From the NCBI RefSeq assembly GCF_009914755.1, contig NC_060934.1: DNA of 64,000 bases, one strand, 5' to 3'. Shown in pieces: positions 54,900 through 64,000 of this stretch. The notes beneath the pieces were generated by a model, which worked only from the letters and a program-made list of their open reading frames with translations, searched no databases and was not told where the DNA came from. Source of the stretch: the human T2T-CHM13v2.0 reference genome, Homo sapiens. The position numbers and the translations under genes are program-made. Within the stretch, counting starts at the first letter, position 1. Every line of letters begins with the position of its first letter.

Positions 54900-56390
54900 T
54901 TTTCATAAAAAGATTAAGTAGTTTTTTTCTTAAATAAAGGCAGTTGTATTAATGACTCTTACTGTAAATTTAAAAGTTGTACAGTTAGAAAATTTACACT
55001 AAGAAAGGACAAAGAAGTAAAAATGTAACCCTTATCTCTCTTCCCATAGAGAACGACCCTCATGCGTTCAGATACCTGTGTGATATGGGTGGGACTATGC
55101 GTGTGTGCACACACACATACTTTTTTTTATATATAAAAGTGATTATAAAATTCTCATTCTGAAATCCAAAATATTGATGGATATCTTTCCAGGTCGAAGA
55201 ATGCTGAAATACCGCATTGTGCTGAACATCTGTATGATATTCAGTTGAATGGATATATCATACTTAATTAAGCTATCATCTATTAATGGACATTTAGATC
55301 ATTCACAGCACTATGCTAATGGGAAGATTGCTACAGTGTATACTACTACACATCTATCTTCTTCTTTTATAATGATAGAATGCTAGAAGTGGGAAAGCCA
55401 GTCAACAATTATACACATTTACAATCTCAACACTTACTATAACTTACCCCCCAGAACAGTCATATCACTATAGGAACACTGAACATTGTCTATCCTTTTC
55501 AATTTTGCCAATATGTTAAGTAAAAAGCAATATCACATTCTTGTTTGAATATGTACTTTTTCATTATGAGTAAGAACAAATATTTGTACACACACACACG
55601 CACACTTGGAATTATTTTATAAATTGCTTTTTCATGTATTTGGTCCATTTTTCAGTTGGGCTTCTTTTCTTACTGATGTTAAAACTTCCTTATGTAATTG
55701 GATATTAGCATTTTTGTCACATTTGTAATTATATTTTGCATTGTTTGTGTTTGCCTTGCAAATATCTTTCTTTTTTCTCCTTTACAGTTTCTGGCTATTG
55801 GGTCATGGGAAAGAAAATATGTTCCTATTTCAAGATAATAAAAGGTTTTAAGGTTTTATTTAAATCTCTGTTTCAGGACAGTATCACTTATTGGGTGAGA
55901 TTATATCAAGTGCATTTCAAATATTAATCCCTTTTGCATATTTTGAGTGTCCTTCTGCAGACTTCTCATGTAAATAACAGTTTCTTGAGTATACAATCTT
56001 CAGACTTGCATTTTTTTCTGTCAAAATATTATAGACATTTTATTGCTCCATTTTATCCTGCAATCCTATGTTGTTGAGGAGACATTCTACCCAATCTTTT
56101 ATTTTTTATTTTTGCTTATGAGCCACCTGTTTCTTCTTATTGAATATTTATATGTTTCTTTTAGTTGTTTTGAAGTTTAGTAATCTTACCAGGATTAATC
56201 CCAGTATTTATTGTTCCCTAATACTATTCTAGGCCATGGTACATTTCTTGAAAGTCCTTTTCTCTTGCATTTTTATTATTAGTTCCATTGGCCCATTCTC
56301 CATTCTATTGTATTCTCTAATTCATAGAACCCAATATCATCTCCATTGTCATCACATTTTGATCATTATCTAAGTCTGAATTAACCCCAA
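54900..56390 (-). mobile_element. Old L1 (L1M-type) remnant
   Basis: Reverse L1 3' motifs (tattaatggacatttag…tttttcaattttgccaat). Confidence 0.55.
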
Positions 56391-56928
56391 AACAAAATAT
56401 GAGGAAAACTTCATGGCGACCCTTTGGAATCCAATCCCAGGACAACAAGGATGAAAGAACAACGGCAGTGAGAGAAGCAAAGGAAGAGGCAAAGCAAAAG
56501 CAAGGTGCATTCCTGAGCTGGTCTCACATCCATAGAAGACAGCTGGTGTTCCGCGGCTTCAGGAACCACTGTGTCCTGGAACAGTTCACCAGGCAGCGGG
56601 TGGAGATACAAATCATCTGTCACCAAGTCTTTGGTCACATTTGTCTGCTTGCTCCTTTCCATCCAAGTTTGCCACAGGGTTCACCACCTACTCCTTCATA
56701 CTGGGATGTGTTACCTGGGCCCTCTGGCAGCTGCTGGACAGTCATAGTCCTAGCCCCAGCCATGATTCTTCATGTGAGTCTGGAGGTCATGGGAGGAGAA
56801 GGGGGTTGGATGCAGATGTAAACCTAAGCTTGTGGTATTAGGAGAAATGCCTGAGGCCCTGACCTGGTGCCAGGTGTGTGTGTTGGTTGTACCGTGTGTG
56901 TGGCTGCAGCCCCTGATGCAGGCTGTCT

Positions 56929-56942
56929 CCACTAGGGGGCAG
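56929..56942 (+). promoter_or_regulatory. CTCF core motif
   Basis: CCACTAGGGGGCAG fits consensus CCASYAGRKGGCRS exactly; binding not shown. Confidence 0.6.
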
Positions 56943-58504
56943 CGCAGCCTCCCTGCTGAGTCTCCCCAGGGGGCCCAGAGGTGTGCAGCCCAGACAGTTT
57001 GGGAGGCTTAAATGTCCGGCCCCCGAACAGTAATTTTCTCTGTCATTTTTTTGTTTCTTTGTCTTCTGCCTCTATGTTATCTGTGACTTTTCAGTCTTGT
57101 CCTGAATGTTATTCAATTGGTTTCTGCAGTGTCGCTTCTGGTAACTGCAGCTTCTAAAACATTTGGGATTTCTGCAAAGGCGCTGTTTTTCTCTTGGTTA
57201 TCTTTACTTAGGCCTGCCAGGTCTATTTTAATCTCATTCTATTATCTTCTTTAGGCTTTTATCTTTTGTTCGTTTTACTTTCTAAGTATGTGAAGAAATT
57301 CTCTGATTTATTTGATTTTCTAAAGTGACCACTTTGTGTCTTCCTTTCTCCCTTCTTTCCTTCTTTTCCTCCTTTCTAAAAGTAAAATTCCAGAATAATC
57401 ATGCACTTTTGAGTGCTTACTAATGGCAAGTATTTTGGTAAGCATTCTGAATCCTTACGACAATAGTATGACACAGGTAGTGTTATCTCATTTAAGCATA
57501 GAGAAGTCCATTAAATTGCCCAAGCCACACAGCTAAAACACAGAGGAGACTTCAACCCAGCTGTACTTGCCTCCAAATCCTGTTTTCACATATTGAGGGC
57601 TTTCTATGTATAAGCGCTTATTATGCCTTCCCAAATAGACCTTTTAGCCTTGTTTATTCATCTGATTAGCTGCAGAACTTTGCCCAAGTCATTGCACAAT
57701 TTATGCTCAATTTCCTCATCTGTGAAACACCGAGCTTAAATTAATTTTCCTCTAGCTTTGAGTTTCTTGGCTCTATTTTCTCCCTACCCCATATTGTATC
57801 GTTTTGGAGACACAAACTGTACTTTCACTATGGGCTGCTGGTTGTCCAGGATTGAAACAATGGGGCTGCAATCTCAGCTCTTCATCTGCCAAAAGGAAGG
57901 TTTAAAAACCAGATAAAAATGCCCGACTTTCCTCCCTGTCCCCAGCATTCATCTCGATTGGGTAGCAGGGTGCAGTGCATTGCTGATTACCAGACACAGA
58001 AAAGAACTGCTAGAATTTTGCTTCTCAGCACTCAAGAGAGGAACAAAGCTTTGGTGTGGACTCTTTCTTGGTTCCCGGAAGAACCAAGCCCTTCTGACCA
58101 CCAGTGTAGGCCAAGCAGTCACTCTGTGTCCTCTGCATTGCTGCAGATATTGAGTGAACACAAATTCAAAGGCAAGCACCTCAGGCCAGGATAGTGAGTG
58201 GAGCATCTCTTTTAATAATATAAAATACTGTCCAAAGGGAGAGGGTGCATCTCTGTGGATTTTTTAAAAGTTTTAAAAATTCTTTTAATTGCAGGTTTCC
58301 TCTGGTTTTCAAGAGAAGACACTGGACGATGCTGGGGATATGGGTGGGGACACAGCTGATGAGATGGGTTCTCCATTAAGGACAGGAACAGGCCTGATAT
58401 TTAATCACAAAGTCCAGGATTTAGACTTCATTTGTGGAAGTTAAGAAGGAGGTGTCATGAAGTGAGCTGGTCGTGATGTCCTTATGCTTTCTCCAGGTTT
58501 GCAC

Positions 58505-59008
58505 AGTAGATGCTAGCTGTTTGTCACCACCTAGTATCCATTCCCCCTTCTGGTAATAAAAGATTGCACGTCAAGGACCCACATTCCTGTACTCTTGGCC
58601 CTGTGGTTTCTCTGGGCTTGGCCTCAATTCCAGGGGTGGCCATGTGACCAAGGTGCAGCTGGTCAGCCTACTAAGCTCCCTTCTACAGGGATGGGTGCAG
58701 GGATGATCACGTGGAGCCCAGACTTTTGCTGAATCCGCCTAGAAGGAAAACTCCTTTCTTCCATGGTCTTGGGGCTGTTGGTAGCCATTTTTCCACAGCA
58801 AGGGAAAACTTTCAATAGTATTGCGGGATACAGATATTCGGGGAGACACAAGTCCCTGGAGACAAATTCTGGGGCTCTGGAGTCCATCATGCCGGAAGCC
58901 ATATCCACTCTAGCCCTTCACTTGATGTGATCCAATAAATTCTCTTCTTATTTAAACAGCTTTGAGTGGAGTTTTCTGCAGTTTGCTAACGAATGCTTCT
59001 ACAGTACA
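58505..59008 (+). mobile_element. MLT1 (J/K-like) MaLR LTR
   Basis: ccaggggtggccatgtgaccaagg…ccaataaattctcttcttatttaaacagctttgagtggagttttctg. Confidence 0.7.
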
Positions 59009-60199
59009 CTGTTCACCTTGGCTGCTTGGATGCTTAAGCAGGAGCCTTATTGTTCTTTCTTTCCATTGAAGTCAGATGTCAGTGTGCTTTCTCCAATGTC
59101 TTGGTTTCTACTAAACAACTTTAATGTTCTCTAATAATTTGGCCACAGCATTTCAGTTGCCCAACGCACCTGCCTTAGAGTGTTATTTTACGGGAAGTAT
59201 TACATAAAACTTTCAACAAGCACAATTAGTATAAATTTGCCCTCTTGTTATGTGGGAGACTTCCTTTCCTTAGCTTCCGGGGCATGTGGGTATGAGAAGG
59301 TTCTGAATTACCCTCCATCCGAAATGTGTACTGACTAGCTCTCTCACATAAATTGGGAGCAGGGAGGGTGAATAAAGGCAGTGGCATCTTTGGTTATAAA
59401 ATCCTGCCAATAAGCACGAAAAAAGATGATATACCAGAGGACAGGAGTAGGAGTTGAATGAGGCTTTAAAAATTCTTTTGTTTTATTTTGTGGTGATAAC
59501 CATGAAAAAAATCACTTCCATTTGGATAAGGCTTTTTTCTTTTTATATCTCAAAAAGCTTTCACATCGATATCTGAATTGATCCTTATAATTCTGTGATG
59601 TAGGGAAAGAAGATGCTGTAATTTCAGTTTTTACAGTTGATAAAACTGAGCTCCATAGAAATAAACCAGGGACATACTCTTAATTATTAATCCATGCTCT
59701 GTGGGTTCTCGGGATAAGAACTTCTCTGTTTTCTGACTTACAGATGATATGTTATATTTCAAAAAGATCATGCATAAACTTACCACTGAGAATATGAACT
59801 GTCTTGTCCACGATCCCAGAAGTTCCAAATTATGAAAGAATTTTGCAAAGGACCAGTGTTACCATTGATATTATGCTTTCACTAGTAACTCCTCAAAATA
59901 ATTAATTTTAAACGCTACATTCAATTTTTTTATAAGAACTTTTGGAAGGTTTAACTCATTATCCTATTTCCAAGCTCTCCTTAAGTTTACCATTTCAGAA
60001 GCAGCAAATTGTATCAGGTCGGAAGAACAGATATTTGCAAGATTCCAGTTAAAGTACAACTGCACTTTACTTAAGAAACAGACACAGCCACATTGCAAAT
60101 CAAGGGTGGGTAGGCAGATCTCCCTGGGCTCCTGGCCTCAGATCAATGAGCAAAATCAGGTAGGACTGGAATGCATTGGTTGCTATCCAATCCCCATCA

Positions 60200-60440
60200 G
60201 GGTCATGGGCACTGGCATTATAGACCTAGGAGTACTCCCAGCTCACCATTCACTAGCTGGTTGCCTTAGGCAAGTTACTTACTTATCTAGGAATTATGTC
60301 CTTACTCTGTAAAATGTCCTGAATAACAATAACGGTTTTACAGGGTTTTGTAAAGATTAAACGAGGTAATACACATACAGTACTCAGTACGGAGCCTGAT
60401 ACTCAGTAAGTACTGAAAAAATTGCTACTTTTAGCATTAT
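60200..60440 (+). mobile_element. MIR SINE
   Basis: ccttaggcaagttactt…ctgtaaaatg…gtaaagattaaacgaggtaatacacat. Confidence 0.75.
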
Positions 60441-60649
60441 TCTTGGCATAGCACTCCCCCCATCCCCTGAATCACCATCAGCAGTAGCAGCAGCAGCAGC
60501 AGCATCACAATCCTGGAAACCATGTTAGGTCTCTCTTTTGGGGACTCTAGTTATTGACCTTCCTGAGATCCAACAGTTTAGTGTCTTGACTCCATGGCCA
60601 TGACCTTGCCTGTCTGCTTGTGATATAGAGGTATGCTTTGTGTTTCTTA

Positions 60650-60956
60650 CTTTCTTTTTCTTTTTCTTGAGACAGGGTCTTGCTCTGTTGGCCGGGTTGG
60701 AGTGCAGTGGTGCAATCTCGGCTCACTGTAATCCCCGCCTCCTGGGCTCAAGCAATTCTCGTGCCTCAGCCTCCCGAGTAGCTGGGATTACAGGTGTACA
60801 CCACCGCACCCCACTAATTTTTTTTTTTGTGTTTTTAGTGGGGACAGGGTTTTGCTATGTTGGCCAGGCTGGTCTTGAACTCCTGGCCTCAAGTGATCTG
60901 CCCACTTCAGCCTCCCAAAGTGCTAGGATTACAGGCATGAGCCACCATGCTTGGCT
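60650..60956 (-). mobile_element. Alu SINE (J/early S)
   Basis: Reverse Alu; TSD TRTGCTYTGTGTTTC. Confidence 0.93.
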
Positions 60957-63900
60957 TGTGCTCTGTGTTTCACACTCCCAACATCACACACAGGAGTCAA
61001 CATAAAATATGACAAGAAATATAATTCTCAAATGGTGTCTTACGTAATTCCAGTTGAATGACTCAGTAGCTCTATAAACACTCCACTAACAAATTAGGGG
61101 CTCATTTGGATATTTACCATTTTGTAGTTATAATCCTAAATGATGGAAATTGGAAATTGGCCTTACTTGCTGACTGTAGTCACCTCTGTATTTTTCTCTC
61201 ATTCTGCTTCGCACCGGGCTCTAATACTGCATAGCCCAAGAGAAAATCCAGGACTTTTCATTAGGACCCCAGACAGTCAAGGAGCATATTTTACTTGAAG
61301 CAGCTACTCCCAGGTGCAAATCTGATGACTTTATTTGATGATTATATATTTTAAATAGCCCTGGCTTGGAAAATCACTTGCCATTATGAGACCCCTCCAT
61401 CTGTGTATTTTCATGAAGAAAACACTGTTAAAAGCTTTTAAATTTTCAAAATATAATTTGGTTTAATGAGAGAAAAGAAAGTCTTTCTACTTGGTGAAAT
61501 GGTCTGAGACAGATGTTGGAACAAGGTATGCTAAAAATTTTTTTAATAGATTAGAAAAATCTATTCCATTCCCACTTTCCTCCTCTCATCTATAGTAAGA
61601 TATTCAGTTGCTGGAAGGAAGGAAAGCAATTGTAAGATTTAAACTACATATTTTTAAAAATCATAAGGTTTTAGAATTCTTATAGTAGAGTGGTTGTGTG
61701 GGATGTCTGTTTACTTTCAGCTAAATTTTCTTTGCTTAAGTTATGTGCACGTTTCTTTTTCCACGTTTAATTTTAGAATGGTGCTCAAGTTTGCAGAAAA
61801 TATTTACACTAAAAAAGTAAGCATATTGCACTATTATTAACCCCAAGTCTTGTTGACACTCATAACACTTCTTTGTGAGCACACAATCCATAATTCCAAC
61901 CTTTGTGAAATTGTAGCCACAGCCCTCTCAAGCTGGTTTGGGGTAGGTTTGGGGATTTGGTGCAGGAGAAACATCAAGACATCATAATTCTTGTTCCTCA
62001 GATATAGGCATAAAGGTTTTTCATTAGGGAGCATCAAGAGATACATTTGGCTTGTTGCATGGTAACCAGTTCCTTGATGAAGGAAGACAGTTGATCTACT
62101 CATGTACAAGGATCTGTTGTGCGCCTCCTCTACTCTATATCACAGTATTCAAAGAAGAAGGAGGAGATGGGGGAGAAGAAGAAGATGAATCCCTGTCCGT
62201 CAGCAGTTGGCGCTGAGTAGGAGGCATATTAAAATAGTGCATGAGCTGAGTAAGTGAACCAATAAAGAAAGAAATGTGACAACTCACCCTCATTTGGCTC
62301 CATGCTCCAAAAAGGGACTCTCTTACAAGCAGAGGGAGAAGCATCCCCTCCGAGGGTGGCTTGACCACACATGCCAGTTGGACTCTCATTGTTGCTGGCT
62401 CAGAGAGATGTTTCCTGTGTATTTCAAAGCAACTTTGATCCCAGTAGACTCTCTCTTTTTCTTTTGTCTCCCCTTCTTTATTCTAATTTGAAATATCACT
62501 TGATGTGAGCTCTGGAAACAGAACAGTTTTTGAGAAGCTTTTGGCTCAATGTGCTTGAGGAAGAACCACAGGAAATAAGCAACATCTGGTTCTAAGGAAG
62601 ACCAAACAGCATGTGTTGGGCTGGGGTGGGCTATCGGTCAAGACTCCTTCAATGGCAGGTGGCGAGAGCCAAGTTCAATGGAGTTTCTGAAACACAGAGC
62701 ATGTTCTCAGACATGGAGGAAGGAGTGTGGTCGGGCCTCAGAAGCCACTGATCTCAGGCCCAGCTTCAGCCAGACTCTGTCTGGAAAGTTCTCCTCCATT
62801 CTCTCTCTGTTGGCTTCTCTCTTCTCCCACTCAACAGAACAGCTTCCTTCGTGTAGCTGGACCTGGGGATACCTTGTGCTCATCTAACAGCTTCAGCGGC
62901 TCAGGGAGAAGGAAACTCCCTGAGAAGGAAACCTGTGCTCTGAGTCCCTGGTATTTGGGAAACTCTGGTGGAAGGATTCTGACTGGCCAGGCTCCAGGCG
63001 GGCACTCTCTCCTGGCTCAATCAACTGTGGCCAGGAAAGACCCTTCTGTGTGAACACAGTGTATGGCATGCTAAGTCTCATTACATATGAATCTCATTTA
63101 TGAATCACAACCACAGAACCATGATGTGGAGGATCAGCCTCAGGAGGGAGCCATTCATGGAAGACAATCCCATGGAAGTCCACTGAGGGTGAAGTGTCCA
63201 CTGGACTTCTCTTCAAAGACAGGCTTTCTCTGTGTCTTCCAGAGAGTCTATAAAACATTTAAACACCAGGAAGAATCGGTAGGAAAGATAAATACGTCTG
63301 CCTGTTGCTAGAATGTCATGTGGACTGGACTGGGTCTTCAGGATTGATCATTCTTGATGTCTAACCACCTTCCCTTAGCTTTTTGGAATAGGACAGGTGG
63401 CCTGAGTGACAGGAGATGGTGGGTATCACCTTCACAATGACCCCTGGGTGGGCCATCTTTCCTTAAAAAAAGCATATTTTCAGGGAGAGGAGGCAGCACC
63501 CAGCATTGCTTGCTTCAGGGAATATGGCTGTACCTGGATTCCAGGCCATGCAGAACATTAGGCACATTAGGCATGGGTAGTCACTTCCATGGGGCGATTA
63601 GGAAATCCTGGGGCAATGTTACAGCTAAATATATCCACCAAAACCTCATAAGGACACATTTATTTCTAAATTTCAATATGGTTCACATATTTCTTGCTAG
63701 GTGCAAGTTTTATGCCAGTTTTCTAGCCTGCAAAAATATAGCAAAATGCAAAATATAGCACTTGCAATGGATTTTTTCATACACTGTATTCTCAATTTTT
63801 ATTATATGTCCTTATAATAACCATGTCCCAAACATGGTTCCTATAAATACATAAATGTCTTAACATAGTTTTTAGTGGCAAGCCAATATAAATACATTAC

Positions 63901-64000
63901 ATAAAATGTTTTTTGAAAACTGTAATTAAAGATGATAAAATAATATAAGGAGATGCTTCTTCTATTATGTAACTATTAGAACTTGGGAAATAAGCTTTGT

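Noticed and set aside
60478-60505. Short interrupted (CAG)n run
   Set aside because: Too short, intergenic and not in a supported reading frame

Overview
Human (primate) genomic DNA, mostly intergenic and repeat-rich (Alu, L1, MIR/L2, MaLR/ERV LTRs, DNA-transposon fossils, microsatellites). The only protein-coding gene I can support is NPS (neuropeptide S precursor, + strand). It has three coding exons (42395-42402, 42515-42596, 45487-45666) that splice into an 89-aa prepropeptide ending KR|[20 protein letters not shown], with a TATA box at 42304 and AATAAA at 46550. The ORF track misses it because every exon is under 60 codons. From memory NPS is at human 10q26.2; I cannot verify that the flanks belong to that locus. 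A 5'-truncated EEF1A1 retrocopy with TSDs lies at 17494-17835. The listed ORFs are Alu/L1/LTR/low-complexity read-throughs or have no support. Secondary observations are an old templated insertion inside a MER104-like element, a young 112-bp tandem duplication, an STR grown inside an Alu tail, CTCF/ETS/RUNX/EGR-like motifs and a few exon-like segments. I found no convincing previously undescribed system; NPS is a known gene. Repeat family and subfamily names come from recalled consensus sequences, not a search, and boundaries without TSDs are approximate.
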